A DNA stretch of 64,000 nucleotides, from positions 248,001-312,000 of the IMG/VR virus record IMGVR_UViG_3300034358_000008. The stretch is one strand, 5' to 3'. A program made the position numbers and the translations under genes. The stretch's first letter is position 1, and each line of letters starts with the position of its first letter. Below the pieces are notes generated by a model. The model saw nothing but the letters and a program-made list of their open reading frames with translations, made no database searches and was not told where the DNA came from. Below are positions 18,139 through 29,129 of this stretch, in pieces.

Positions 18139-21100
18139 ATGGCTAAAAAGACTATTCCTCTCGTCAAACCAAAAGGTACTGACGGCAAGGGGAACATCAA
18201 AGTACCGGGCGGTCCGTTGGTTCTAGACCTGGGCGATTTTGACGATATGTTTGGTCCTCTGGAGAGTGATTCTCCTAAGGGCGGACCTCTCGACGAATTC
18301 TGGTCAGGGATGAAAGAATCATTCAGTGATCGTGTACAGGTTAAAGATGTAGTCAGAAACTTTTTACGCTCGGCTGCTCCTGATGGTATCTCTAACCTGA
18401 TGGGCTTTGCCGATGAGGCATTGAGCGCATCTCGGGATATCAAAGAGTCTCTCGAACGTACTAACGCATCTGACCTACAATACATCGCTAAGCGGGCGCA
18501 AGCTCTCCTACCGAAATTACAAGACTACGCACCTGAAGGTATTTACAACGACATCAGTCAGGGTCTAGAGAATAAGATTGACGAGTACGACTACACGATT
18601 CAATCGGCTCGTGATCAAACTCCTATTCGTCGGGCTGCTCAAGAACGAACTGAAACTAGTGAGATCGAATCGGCACTGGACAACATTGCTCTCTCGAGCA
18701 AGGTTAACCACAACCGCTCAGAACATGGCGCTCAAGTACGACATAACCAAACTCGTGCAGAAGCCAGTGTTCGTGATTTGCTCAAAACTAAACGCTTTGA
18801 CTTCATGGCTAAGTCCATGGGCATGGCGAATGATAGCCTTCAACAAATTAATGGTTACAACCAACAGGTTAACTTTGGCTTCCAGCGTAAAGGCTTGGAA
18901 CTCCAATTCCGTAGCTACATGGGTATCAAGGAACTCATCAAGCTTCAGGAAGCTAACCTTGAATTGAATGCTCGTGCATTTAATGCGATGATTCGTAACA
19001 CCGGCATGACTGACTTCGAGAAGAACGGGAATAAAGACCTGCAATCGATGGGTGGTCAAGGTGGTGGTAAGCGTCAAGGGTTGGTATCGAAAGCTACTAA
19101 CAAAACCCTTTCTCACTTCCTTGGTAATTATGGTGGTGAAGCACAAGGTCGTATCTCAGGCGACATCAGTCAGAAACTCAGCATGGCCGTAATGGCTATG
19201 AAGATGGGTGAAGGTTCTGGCGGTAGCATGTGGAAGAACAAGTACAAGATGGCAGGTAACTTTGCTGGCGATCAAGCTGGCGACTTCATCTTGAATGAAC
19301 TGATTCCAATGTTGGGTCGTGAGGCTCGTCCGGGTCTGACTCGTGCTTCTGACAAACACTTAGGTGGCGCACACAACAAGGTTGGTTATGCGTTGGATAA
19401 CATCCCTGCGTTCTTGCAGGAGTTCGTTAACAACAACCAAAACCAACACGGGATGAAAGGAAAGCTCAGAGGTTTGATCGCTCCATACGTCCCACAGTTC
19501 GGTCTTCAAGATCGCACGAAGAGTTCCAACTATCAAACAATTGATCAACCTGCCCAGTTTAACCAAATGACTCAACGAACTATCGTTGATGCTCTCCCCG
19601 GTTACTTGGCACGTATTCTTCAAACTCTCCGTCAGATTAAGACAGGTAGTGACGATGTTGGTCGTGAGATTTGGGACTTCACCACAGGTAAGTTTACAGT
19701 AGAAGGTTCGGCCCATGATAGCCTCCTAGCTAAGATCGTTCCTAAGAATGCTATCCGTTCTGCATCGACTACTATTAACGACGCACTGAACACGATGGAC
19801 TCCGGGGGCAACCTTAGCCCTAAGGCTCGTCAAGCTTTGTCCGAACGTATGTTGCGTGATGCATCTACTAACCGTCGTTTCGATCCAGAGGCTTATGTCA
19901 AGTCTGGTGGTTATGCTAAAGACATGCCTGCCGATGTTGCTAAAGAGCTGGAAGGCTTCTTTAATAGCAAGTTCGAGATGGATGGTCAAGGCGGGATGGT
20001 CGATAACGCCAAGAACAACAAACTCCGTCAAGAGTTTTCTCAAGCGTTCTTGGATATCCGTAGTATCTCTCGTGATCCAATCAAAGAGATCTCACGGATT
20101 ATCGATTCGGGTCACACTGATGGTCTGCGTGCTATCGGTATCATTATTACTGAGGATGGGATCGATAAGATCAACTACCCTCGTATCTGGGAACTACTGC
20201 GAAGTGGTGTAACGGATGGTAACCCATTCGGTCCAGGTGGTAATGGTGGACATGATCCAAGCCGTGATGATCAATCGGGTAACGCGGGTCATAAAGACTT
20301 CATGGGACCTAAGGCTCCAGGTGATGCCGATTGGGTTAAGGGTAAGCTGAGTCGGTTCCGTACCAAGTATGCTCCTGAAGAACAAGCTGCTCGTGATCAG
20401 ATGGCTAAACACCTGAAGACTATGCGTGGTCGTTTCGGTAGTGCTGCTAACCATGTTCAAGACATGGCTTCCAACTTACCGGGACAGTTCCAAGACCTCC
20501 AAAAACAAGCCGGTGAAGCAGGTGGTTATTCCCAACTGTTGAGCGGTAAGTATAAAGGCCAGATGCAGGGTATGGCCGATACCGGGATGGCTGGTTTCAA
20601 TCAGTTCGTCGGTAAAGCATCTAACGTTGTAAACGACGCCGTCAGCAGTGTTGTTCACCGCTCCGAAGATGTTATCACAGACCTGTATTCCCAGTTCGAT
20701 AAGAACTATCCGGCATTGCGGGCTAAGGATTTCGTTAACGGTAGTCTGATCGATGTTAACACCAAGCAAATTATTACCAAGCTCAGCGACATCACGGGTA
20801 AAGTAATTAACATGGCTGGTGACACCATCCTGACCGCCAACGAAGTAGCTGCTGGGCTGATGAACCCAAATGGCGATATCGTTCTTAAGGTAGATGGGAA
20901 TTCTACCAGTAAGGTTGGCGATGCAATCGATAAGAACCAACCTAAGCTTAACGGTGAAGGTGGGTCGGGTGATCCACAAGATCCTAACTCGGAAGAGAAC
21001 CTCAATTCTCAAGACTGGGCACTTGGTCCCGGAGAGAATATCGTCCTTACTGCCCGTGGATTACTTAACGGTGAGTATCGAGATGAAGCAGGTAAGATCA

Positions 21101-24100
21101 TCAACTCGATTAAGGATATTGCTGGTGACGTCTTTGACAAAACTGGTAACGTAGTCCTGACAGCTAAAGAGTTTGCTGGTGGTCTGTGGGGTCGTCGTTC
21201 TGGTACTCGTTATCGTCCGACTAAGAACTTTGCTCGACTTCTTCGGTTGGGTAAAGCTGCCGGTAGGTTCTCCAGTCAGTCGGCTGGTACTATCGCTTGG
21301 GGCGCTACTAAGTTTATGGCTAAGGCCACACTTGGTATTGCATCTCGTCTGTTCAACATCTTCGTGGATAACCAGAACGCCTATACTGAAGGTGACCCTA
21401 TCCCAGTATTGACTCGTCGCTCTTTGGCTAACGGTGAATACTTTGATGATAAGGGTAAGGTCATTGAGAACTTTGTGGATGTGTATTCCATTATCCACGA
21501 TGCTAAAGGTGAACCGGTAATTCCTGCTGATCAATATAAACTACTCAAGAACTACGATGGTACTCGTCACGTACTGGCGAAGAACAAACGTATCTGGGGT
21601 AAGTTGGTCATGCGTCCTCTTCGGGCCATGCGTAACGCTTACGCTCGTCAAACCAAGAAGTACTACAAATGGCTCGGTAAAACGTCCGTTAAAGTAGGTG
21701 GTTGGGTAGGTAAGAAAACGTTGGGTGGTTTCGCTAAAGCAGGTGGGATGATCTTCAACCGCATGTTTGAGAAGATCCCTGATGAACAGCGTGCTACAGC
21801 GGAAGCGACAGCTGCCGGTGCATCCGTAGCTAACCAGCCTGTTGTCGAGGGCCTTCAAGAAATTCTTCAAGAACTGAAAGATCAGAAGCCTAAAGAAATC
21901 CGTAAGGGTAGCTGGCAAGATAAAGACGGGAAGAAAGAAGAAGGCGAGAAAGAGAAGAAAGGTGACGCGAAAGAAGAGAAGAAAAGTGGCTTCTTAAAAC
22001 GTGGCCTTGCTGGTATTGCCGGTATGTTAGGCCTGGGCGGTAAGAAAAAGAAAGACGATGGTGAGGAAGGGGAAGAAGACGAAGATGGTGGTATCATGGA
22101 CTCCATCAGTGGTGCTGCTGACATCAACTCGCTCTCGGGAGGGAAAGGCGGCAAGATCATGAAGTGGGGTAAGAAACTCATCGGCGGTAAAGCCAGTAAA
22201 ATGCTCGGTAGCATAGCTAGCTCGAAGGTTGGGCAGTTTATCGGTAAAGCTGGCGGCCAAATGCTGATGCGTGGTGCCATGATGGCAGGTACCGCTATTG
22301 CTGGGTTGTTGAGTGGACCTGTACTACTCATCGCTGCGGCAGTTGCCGTAACGGCAGGTGCAGCGTACCTTGGTTGGAACCGATACAAAAATATCTCGGG
22401 TGAATTCCGTGAACTGCGGTTGGCTCAGTACGGTGTTGATAAACCGGTTAGCAAAGGTTTTATCGATTCCATTACATCGATGGATATGTTTAGTCTTGGT
22501 GGCGACAAAATCAAGATTCTCAAGATGGAAGGATTGCTTGATAAATTCACATCCAAAGACGCAGAGAAACCCCAAGTTAACATCAGTGGTGCAGGTGGTC
22601 AAGAACTGCTTGACATCATGGGTATTGACATTGACGACGAAGCTGCTGTAATGGTGTTTGCACGTTGGCTCGAGAAACGTTTTAAACCAGTCTATCTCCA
22701 GTGGATTGGTGGTTTGAACAAGATCGGTCAAGGTACCGTTAATATCAACGACGTCGACGATAAAGTCCCTGAAGAACTGAAAGGTGATTTCCTTGAGACC
22801 ATTCGATTCCCTTACAACAACGAGTCTCCTTACGTTGTAACCGAAAACCCATTCAGCCCAAGCTATCCCCTCCCTAACAACATGGACGTAATCTCTAAGA
22901 TGTTCGATGAACTCAAAGAGAAGTACGGCTTGAAGAAGAAAGAGGCGGAAGAGAAGAAAGCTGCTGAGGCTGGCAAAGACGGTAAACTGGGTACTCCTGC
23001 CGATGTGGCGAAGTCTGCTACTGATGGGATTGCTAAAGATGCTGTTGCTGCAACTGGTGGTGCCGCTGCTGGCGCTGGTGCAATGTCTGCTGCTCAAAAG
23101 CTGGCTAATGAAGCTAGTCAGAAAGATAAGACAGAGCAAGACAAGTTGAAGTCGCCTACTGAAGTTGCCAATGCAGGTGTGTTGTCTGCAAGCCAAGCTG
23201 TGGCTGGTATGAGCGGTGAGATTGCTGACCTTAGCGCGAAGTTGGGTCGTACTCTAACGGCGCTCCAAGCGATCCGTATGCGTGCGTACGGTATGCAGTT
23301 CCTTACCGCCGCTGAAGTTACTGCTGTATTAGCGTTGGAAGCTATCTATGCAAAAGACCTGACTGTATCAGCTACTAGTGTGGACTACGGCGGTGACGCT
23401 GGAGTACTACTTAGTGAAGCTGGACGTCTGTTGGGTAAAGATACTGCTATCGGTGCTGATGATCGATATGCATTGCATGGCTGGCTGACTAACCGTTTCA
23501 CTCCTGTGTTCCGTGCATACTTCGGTGCTGCTCGTAACGTTCAACCTGCGGCTAGTCTGGCTGGTTTGGAATCGAAACTGACCGCCAGTGATAAGGTTAC
23601 AGTGGCTACTGCCATGTTGGGTGCGTTGGATGCATTCAAACGCTCTATTTGGGATGCTCCATCGTTGTTTGAAATTATGGGCGATCCTAAACAGTTGAAG
23701 GCTCTGGCAGATGCTGATCTGGCATCGTTGCAGAAAGACGCTGAGAAAGAAGCCCTTGCGACTCCTACTCAGAAATCATCCGATGCCGTAGCGGGTAAAG
23801 CAGCTGCTGATAAAGGTGGTAGTTTCGCAGATCAAGTCATGTCAGGTATTAAAGATACTTGGGACTCGGCTAAAGAAACTGTTTCGTCTGCATGGAACAA
23901 TGCAACTGATGCCGTTGGTGATACTGTCGCCGGTGCTAAGATTGCATTGGGTATGGGTCCAGAGTTTGGTGGTGGCGGTACAGCCAAAGGTGGTACTGTT
24001 CAGTCCGCTGGTAATACCGGTGCAGTAGTTGCTGGTAACGGTGGTCAGTGGGAAGCTATTCCTATTCCTACGGCTAGTGGGTCTATCAAAGCTGCGCTGC

Positions 24101-25254
24101 CTACACTGAAAGCTGTTTCTGGGATGACCGGTGTTCCACTGGATTGGTTGTTGGCGATCGTTGGTTTGGAATCTGGCTTCCGTTTTGGAGTTAAGGCTTC
24201 GACCTCATCGGCAACTGGGTGGTTCCAGTTCATTAATAGCACTTGGGATATCATGTATGCTAAGTGCGTTAAGAAATATGGGTTGCCGCCAGATCCAGGT
24301 AAGACTCGTGCAGGTCGTACAGATCCACGTATCAACGCCTTGCTGGGTGGTGAGTTCACGAAGGATAACTGGGAAGGTCTGAAGAAAGGTTTAGGTCGTG
24401 ATAACATCACGGATACGGATGTGTACATGGCTCACTTCTTGGGTCTGTATGGTGCATTGAAATTCCTTCGTGCTGATCCGAATGCCTTCGGGTATAAGGT
24501 CTTCAAGGATGCGTACTCTGCGAACATGCCGTTGTTCTTCGTTGATGGGAAACCATCTAAACCTCGAACGATCTCTGAGATGTATCAGATGTTCCAGGCC
24601 AAGATTGCAAAATTCTGGGCCACCACAGGTAAGGGTTATAAGTCGAGTGATGGTGGAGAAGCTTCCACTGTACCTCAAGCACAAACACCGGGTCCAGAGA
24701 AGACCCCTGAGCAAATTGCTGACGAGCAACTTCAGTCTAGTTTAAAAGAAGATGCTAAAGACAAAGATGGACTAGGTAAATCTGGTGATGGCCAAGATCC
24801 TTTGGACGTACCGGGTTCTGATAGTATCCCTACCGTAGCTTCTATAGCGGCGGATACTGCTCCAATGCCGGGTGCTCCTGCAACCGGTGGTGGTTCTAGT
24901 TCACCAAGTTCAAGCGTCAACTCTGAAGGCGCTGATTCGGGTGCTAGCTCAGTAGATACACAACGTCAATCTCAAATGGATACCGCTCAGTCTCAGAACT
25001 CTCGCCGTGAGGCGGAAGTTAGACGTGATCAAGCAACAGCTAGCGAAGTAGGGGACATTCAGACTAAACAACTGAACACACTTTACGAGATTCGTGACCT
25101 GATGAAAGTTGCGTTGGAACAGATCGGTAATAAATTCGGAGGTGGTGCTGGTGGACAACAAGGTTCGAATAGTCAATCGGGTAATAGTATGACCCCGTCT
25201 GGCATACAGAGCCGTCCAGCAGCTCAGCGACCGAGTAGCTTGACGCTGAAGTAA
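18139..25254 (+). CDS. tail-associated lytic transglycosylase / tape-measure-like protein (phiKZ gp181-like)
   Basis: 2371 aa; SLT domain near C-terminus: IVGLESGF (catalytic Glu at 24169), SSATGWFQF, YMAHFLG. Confidence 0.9.
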   Translation: MAKKTIPLVKPKGTDGKGNIKVPGGPLVLDLGDFDDMFGPLESDSPKGGPLDEFWSGMKESFSDRVQVKDVVRNFLRSAAPDGISNLMGFADEALSASRDIKESLERTNASDLQYIAKRAQALLPKLQDYAPEGIYNDISQGLENKIDEYDYTIQSARDQTPIRRAAQERTETSEIESALDNIALSSKVNHNRSEHGAQVRHNQTRAEASVRDLLKTKRFDFMAKSMGMANDSLQQINGYNQQVNFGFQRKGLELQFRSYMGIKELIKLQEANLELNARAFNAMIRNTGMTDFEKNGNKDLQSMGGQGGGKRQGLVSKATNKTLSHFLGNYGGEAQGRISGDISQKLSMAVMAMKMGEGSGGSMWKNKYKMAGNFAGDQAGDFILNELIPMLGREARPGLTRASDKHLGGAHNKVGYALDNIPAFLQEFVNNNQNQHGMKGKLRGLIAPYVPQFGLQDRTKSSNYQTIDQPAQFNQMTQRTIVDALPGYLARILQTLRQIKTGSDDVGREIWDFTTGKFTVEGSAHDSLLAKIVPKNAIRSASTTINDALNTMDSGGNLSPKARQALSERMLRDASTNRRFDPEAYVKSGGYAKDMPADVAKELEGFFNSKFEMDGQGGMVDNAKNNKLRQEFSQAFLDIRSISRDPIKEISRIIDSGHTDGLRAIGIIITEDGIDKINYPRIWELLRSGVTDGNPFGPGGNGGHDPSRDDQSGNAGHKDFMGPKAPGDADWVKGKLSRFRTKYAPEEQAARDQMAKHLKTMRGRFGSAANHVQDMASNLPGQFQDLQKQAGEAGGYSQLLSGKYKGQMQGMADTGMAGFNQFVGKASNVVNDAVSSVVHRSEDVITDLYSQFDKNYPALRAKDFVNGSLIDVNTKQIITKLSDITGKVINMAGDTILTANEVAAGLMNPNGDIVLKVDGNSTSKVGDAIDKNQPKLNGEGGSGDPQDPNSEENLNSQDWALGPGENIVLTARGLLNGEYRDEAGKIINSIKDIAGDVFDKTGNVVLTAKEFAGGLWGRRSGTRYRPTKNFARLLRLGKAAGRFSSQSAGTIAWGATKFMAKATLGIASRLFNIFVDNQNAYTEGDPIPVLTRRSLANGEYFDDKGKVIENFVDVYSIIHDAKGEPVIPADQYKLLKNYDGTRHVLAKNKRIWGKLVMRPLRAMRNAYARQTKKYYKWLGKTSVKVGGWVGKKTLGGFAKAGGMIFNRMFEKIPDEQRATAEATAAGASVANQPVVEGLQEILQELKDQKPKEIRKGSWQDKDGKKEEGEKEKKGDAKEEKKSGFLKRGLAGIAGMLGLGGKKKKDDGEEGEEDEDGGIMDSISGAADINSLSGGKGGKIMKWGKKLIGGKASKMLGSIASSKVGQFIGKAGGQMLMRGAMMAGTAIAGLLSGPVLLIAAAVAVTAGAAYLGWNRYKNISGEFRELRLAQYGVDKPVSKGFIDSITSMDMFSLGGDKIKILKMEGLLDKFTSKDAEKPQVNISGAGGQELLDIMGIDIDDEAAVMVFARWLEKRFKPVYLQWIGGLNKIGQGTVNINDVDDKVPEELKGDFLETIRFPYNNESPYVVTENPFSPSYPLPNNMDVISKMFDELKEKYGLKKKEAEEKKAAEAGKDGKLGTPADVAKSATDGIAKDAVAATGGAAAGAGAMSAAQKLANEASQKDKTEQDKLKSPTEVANAGVLSASQAVAGMSGEIADLSAKLGRTLTALQAIRMRAYGMQFLTAAEVTAVLALEAIYAKDLTVSATSVDYGGDAGVLLSEAGRLLGKDTAIGADDRYALHGWLTNRFTPVFRAYFGAARNVQPAASLAGLESKLTASDKVTVATAMLGALDAFKRSIWDAPSLFEIMGDPKQLKALADADLASLQKDAEKEALATPTQKSSDAVAGKAAADKGGSFADQVMSGIKDTWDSAKETVSSAWNNATDAVGDTVAGAKIALGMGPEFGGGGTAKGGTVQSAGNTGAVVAGNGGQWEAIPIPTASGSIKAALPTLKAVSGMTGVPLDWLLAIVGLESGFRFGVKASTSSATGWFQFINSTWDIMYAKCVKKYGLPPDPGKTRAGRTDPRINALLGGEFTKDNWEGLKKGLGRDNITDTDVYMAHFLGLYGALKFLRADPNAFGYKVFKDAYSANMPLFFVDGKPSKPRTISEMYQMFQAKIAKFWATTGKGYKSSDGGEASTVPQAQTPGPEKTPEQIADEQLQSSLKEDAKDKDGLGKSGDGQDPLDVPGSDSIPTVASIAADTAPMPGAPATGGGSSSPSSSVNSEGADSGASSVDTQRQSQMDTAQSQNSRREAEVRRDQATASEVGDIQTKQLNTLYEIRDLMKVALEQIGNKFGGGAGGQQGSNSQSGNSMTPSGIQSRPAAQRPSSLTLK

Positions 25255-25261
25255 TTCATAG

Positions 25262-25288
25262 GCCGGTCCTTCGGGACTGGCTTTATTT
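25262..25288 (+). terminator. intrinsic terminator
   Basis: GCCGGTCC-TTCG-GGACTGGC + TTTATTT. Confidence 0.8.
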
Positions 25289-25305
25289 CCCTTGAGGTTT
25301 CAATA

Positions 25306-27324
25306 ATGGCCGAAGACTTACAACCCATCTGGCTACGGAAAGCATTTATGCTTCCAGTCAGTTACGAAAAAAGTAGTTATGGTTCTAATACCAAACGCCG
25401 AATGGCTAACTCAGCAGCATTCAAATTTACGAACACCTCTCCGGGTGGCAGCTTCCCCATCAACATGTTACCCCAATACACACGCTACTGTGATATCCGT
25501 CAACCGGGTCGTGGCCGCGCATGGGAAGATCGTTTCCTAGGTATGGGTCGGTATTACTCCGAAGCTCATGACGACACCAAACAAGAACTCCACATGGCCT
25601 TTGGCGTACCACGCTTTAGTAGCTGGGCTGGATTCTTCACAAACTTCTACGACCGTAGTGCAGCATCGATGGCCAACACTGGCTCTGGTACTGGACTGTG
25701 GTATAACTTGGGTAACGCAGCAGGCTTGTTGGTATCTCTTCCAGCACAGCCGTTTATCCTTGGGTTGACTGGTACAATGAACGTACTTAGTTTCTTGACC
25801 AAGTCTCAACCTTCCAAGTGGTTCTACTTTAAACCGACGATGCACACCTACTGGTCTTCGGTAAACACCCTCGCTAACGAATTCGCTATCGGTCTAGGGA
25901 TTACTCCTTGGTTCTGGGCTAACGAATCTCCTGAGGGTACTGACCCAGGGATGAAACGTGTAACTGCTGATACTGATATGCCGGGTGCTCAGGGTACATT
26001 GCAAGACATGAAAGAGCTTCACCGTATTTTCCCATCGTTGTTCCGGGAAGATGGTGGTGTAGACGTAATGGCTCTATGTGGTCGTGCTCAACGTATGGCC
26101 GATACATCGCAACGTGAGTTCAAGGCTATGGCTGAGAAAGCACGTACTGTGGATGAACTACGAGCAGCTACTGAGAAAGCTATGGCTCAAGCTGTAGTCG
26201 ATCCTAACCCAGGTCAAGACGCACGTAAATACTACTTGGACTATCTAAACAAAGATAAGCGAAAGAATAAAGAAGGTAAAGATGAAACGGGGGTAATCGA
26301 CAACGACTTCTTCTCTAGTTGGTCTGACTTGACTCACATGTACAAATACATCGTAGGCGCACAGCACGACGGGCAACAATTCGTTACGTTACGAGCTGAC
26401 TATAACGGTGAGATATCTGAGAGCTTTACTAACTCGACACGAGACGTTGGTGTAATTCAAACGTTGAACACGAAAGTAGGTGAAGGTCGGAACAAGTCGT
26501 TCGAATTCATGGGTGGTAACATCGTAGAAGGTGCAGGTGCTGTTACAGGTATGTTGCTCGACTTTGCGGCTGGCGCATTGGACTCGGTTAACTTGGGCGG
26601 GCTTGCAGTACTTACAGGTTCGGCGTTTGTTGACGTACCTGAATACTGGGATGCGGCAACCGCCAGTCTCCCTACTGCTCAGTACACGATTCCTTTGATC
26701 ACTCCTTACGGTAACGTGATTTCTCGATTCCTTAACATCTATCTACCGCTTGCTATGATCCTCCCAATGGGTCTACCACGCTCTGCTGGTCGATCGGCAT
26801 ACACAGCCCCATTCATCGTACAACTCTTCCATAAAGGTCGCGTACAGCGTCAGCTGGGTATTGTTGACTCTATCCAGATCCGTCGCGGTACAGGTAACGT
26901 TGGTTTCAACTCTAACCACGATATGCTTGGGTGTGAAGTAACGATTGGTATTAAAGACCTTTCGAAGGTCATGCACATTCCTATTAAGGGTGGCTTCGCT
27001 TCTCCTAGTTGGATTGGTACTGGCGCTAAGTGGGCTACAGCAACTGCTTCTGAAGCGGCTACTGGTAGTGCTGCATTGGGTCTGGCACTGACGGATGGCG
27101 CAGTATGGGACGAACAATCGTTGTTTAACGATTACGTAGCTACACTGTGTTCTCAAAGTTGGTCTGACCTTTACTATGCTGGTAAGCGTTTGAACCTTAA
27201 CATCACTCGTTCTGTACAAGCTTTCAAGTCATGGCGTTCTCCATCGAACTTTGCCTCTTGGATCTTGGATGGTGACATTGCTCGTATGTTGTCTGCATTT
27301 GTACAAACCACTGATCGGTTCTAA
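25306..27324 (+). CDS. virion tail/baseplate protein (phiKZ gp182-like)
   Basis: 672 aa, GAGG RBS, directly follows the gp181-like gene; assignment by recalled synteny. Confidence 0.7.
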   Translation: MAEDLQPIWLRKAFMLPVSYEKSSYGSNTKRRMANSAAFKFTNTSPGGSFPINMLPQYTRYCDIRQPGRGRAWEDRFLGMGRYYSEAHDDTKQELHMAFGVPRFSSWAGFFTNFYDRSAASMANTGSGTGLWYNLGNAAGLLVSLPAQPFILGLTGTMNVLSFLTKSQPSKWFYFKPTMHTYWSSVNTLANEFAIGLGITPWFWANESPEGTDPGMKRVTADTDMPGAQGTLQDMKELHRIFPSLFREDGGVDVMALCGRAQRMADTSQREFKAMAEKARTVDELRAATEKAMAQAVVDPNPGQDARKYYLDYLNKDKRKNKEGKDETGVIDNDFFSSWSDLTHMYKYIVGAQHDGQQFVTLRADYNGEISESFTNSTRDVGVIQTLNTKVGEGRNKSFEFMGGNIVEGAGAVTGMLLDFAAGALDSVNLGGLAVLTGSAFVDVPEYWDAATASLPTAQYTIPLITPYGNVISRFLNIYLPLAMILPMGLPRSAGRSAYTAPFIVQLFHKGRVQRQLGIVDSIQIRRGTGNVGFNSNHDMLGCEVTIGIKDLSKVMHIPIKGGFASPSWIGTGAKWATATASEAATGSAALGLALTDGAVWDEQSLFNDYVATLCSQSWSDLYYAGKRLNLNITRSVQAFKSWRSPSNFASWILDGDIARMLSAFVQTTDRF

Positions 27325-27332
27325 GAAATACT

Positions 27333-27366
27333 GGGGTGTTAGATTCTGTAGAGGATCTAGCATCCC
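27333..27366 (+). terminator. 15-bp hairpin, probable terminator or processing site
   Basis: GGGGTGTTAGATTCT-GTAG-AGGATCTAGCATCCC pairs fully with 3 G-U pairs. Confidence 0.55.
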
Positions 27367-27396
27367 TAACTCTTATTCCCTCTCGTGGAGATTCAC

Positions 27397-27885
27397 ATGA
27401 ATCTGATTCAACGTATCATCGTCTGGTTGGCAACTCGGTTCCTGACCAATGGCTCTGTTGTGGACCTTTTCATTGAAAAGATTCTGGCCAAAGAAGACGC
27501 TACACATACCTTGCGCACGTTGTTCAATCGTCACAACAACACTGTGCCTGGTGATAAGAAGAACCTGAACTTCATCGCCGTGAATCATCTGTACAATATC
27601 TTCGGTACACATGAACTGGCTAAGTTACTGTTCTTCAAATCGATCAAAGAACAACGTGTCCGTTGCGCAGATGCTGCCTGTGATGAAAGTGAGTTGGATG
27701 AACTACTTGTCAAACTGCGTGACAACATTGCAACTAACCCAATGAAACGACTGTCGACCTTTAAGCAGATCCTACGAACTGCTTTGCCCCTGACAGGTGA
27801 AGAGGAGATCGCTATCCTCGCTCAGATCGCCATGTCTACCAGTCACACCCTCGTCGCCAACGCCCAATTCCTGAAAGAGATCTAA
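27397..27885 (+). CDS. hypothetical protein, paralog family B
   Basis: GGAG RBS; LA-x-RFLT and VPG-x-K shared with next gene. Confidence 0.8.
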   Translation: MNLIQRIIVWLATRFLTNGSVVDLFIEKILAKEDATHTLRTLFNRHNNTVPGDKKNLNFIAVNHLYNIFGTHELAKLLFFKSIKEQRVRCADAACDESELDELLVKLRDNIATNPMKRLSTFKQILRTALPLTGEEEIAILAQIAMSTSHTLVANAQFLKEI

Positions 27886-27887
27886 TC

Positions 27888-28415
27888 ATGTCTGCTATTA
27901 AATCCGTTGTAAAGTTCCTCGCTGATCGTTTCCTGACTAAGGACGATCTGCTGCCTGACCTGCTGGCTCAACAAGACATCACTGAACGTGCTAATAGTGC
28001 AATCGGTTTCTTCAAGCGCGAAGCTGCTCTGCTGGTTCCAGGGGGTAAGGTTTACGCTGATGCAGTGAAGGCTGCTGAAGACCTGTTGGTTACTCACTAT
28101 CGTGCTTCCAGCTTCGTACAACTGTGCCGTAGCCAAGTACGTAAGAATGCTAAGCCTGAGTACTACACGATCGCTACTATCGGCCAGATCATCGAAGCTC
28201 ATAAAGCTGATCATCGTGAAGATGACGTTGCTCCAGTGGTTGGTGGTGAAGCTGCTGCTCTGTTGGCTACCATCAATGATGCTCTGGGTGCAGCCAAGTC
28301 TGAGACTAACTTCATCAAGCGTCGTTCGATCGTTCGCAAAGCTATCGTCGCTACTCTGCCTGGCATTAGTAGTGATCGTGCTGCTGCGCTGACCGAGTTG
28401 ACTCTGCTGGTATAA
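27888..28415 (+). CDS. hypothetical protein, paralog family B
   Basis: Highly biased codon usage; aligns with previous gene. Confidence 0.85.
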   Translation: MSAIKSVVKFLADRFLTKDDLLPDLLAQQDITERANSAIGFFKREAALLVPGGKVYADAVKAAEDLLVTHYRASSFVQLCRSQVRKNAKPEYYTIATIGQIIEAHKADHREDDVAPVVGGEAAALLATINDALGAAKSETNFIKRRSIVRKAIVATLPGISSDRAAALTELTLLV

Positions 28416-28422
28416 GAATTCT

Positions 28423-28445
28423 GTCCTCCTTCGGGAGGACTTTAT
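28423..28445 (+). terminator. intrinsic terminator
   Basis: GTCCTCC-TTCG-GGAGGAC + TTT. Confidence 0.8.
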
Positions 28446-28486
28446 TCCCAGTTATGTTATGTAATCCATTAACCAAGGAACTCCCA

Positions 28487-29095
28487 ATGAGTCTTTCTCA
28501 AACTATGGCTTGGGCACATGGCCTCGAGTCTGAATCCGATGGCACTGCTCGTGAAGTAGACGTCAAGACAGTTAAGTCCTCTATCGATATCGACGATGTT
28601 GATTCGACGGACATCAAAGACAGCGATACTGAAACCAAGAATCTCACCGATGGTGGGGATGAAGTTAATGCCGATACCAATCACGACATCGTAGGTTCTA
28701 TCGAAGACCACGAAGCGGGTATTGCATCGGGTGATGCTGGCGGTAAGATCATCGAAGCCTTTGCTATCGATCCTAAATCGAATGCTCCTAAGCGTTTCGT
28801 GATCAGTGGCTTTGATGCCCAGTCTAACGATGCTGCTGAAGCTGGCGACAACCTGAATGCATGTGTGATCTTGCTGCAAAGCGGTCCACTGGGCGAAGTA
28901 GGTGTCAACGGTATCACTGCTGAAGATCTGCTTAAGGTGGTAGAAGAAACTTACGTCTGCTTCCAAGAAGGCCAGTTTGCTTGTGGAGAGAACGAAGAAG
29001 TTCTACAACACATTCGTGCTGCACAAGCTGCTATTGCTAAACGTTTCCAACGGCGTGCTGCTGAAGGTACCGAAGGCACCATGCAAGGTAACTGA
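28487..29095 (+). CDS. tad1: Tad1-family immune-signal sponge domain with acidic N-terminal leader
   Basis: C-terminal LQSGP..E.GVNG.T.EDLL.VV....CFQEGQFACGEN...L.H...A......R...R....EGT matches the Tad1 pattern as recalled; AAGGA RBS before ATG 28487. Confidence 0.8.
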   Translation: MSLSQTMAWAHGLESESDGTAREVDVKTVKSSIDIDDVDSTDIKDSDTETKNLTDGGDEVNADTNHDIVGSIEDHEAGIASGDAGGKIIEAFAIDPKSNAPKRFVISGFDAQSNDAAEAGDNLNACVILLQSGPLGEVGVNGITAEDLLKVVEETYVCFQEGQFACGENEEVLQHIRAAQAAIAKRFQRRAAEGTEGTMQGN

Positions 29096-29100
29096 CATAC

Positions 29101-29123
29101 GGCCTCCCTTCGGGGAGGCTTTA
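29101..29123 (+). terminator. intrinsic terminator
   Basis: GGCCTCCC-TTCG-GGGAGGCT + TT. Confidence 0.8.
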
Positions 29124-29129
29124 TGACGG

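Noticed and set aside
6871-25176. Long antisense ORFs (e.g. 6871-7710, 10367-11125, 12852-13838, 22324-23196)
   Set aside because: They mirror motif-bearing genes on the other strand, lack RBSs and read as codon-bias shadows.
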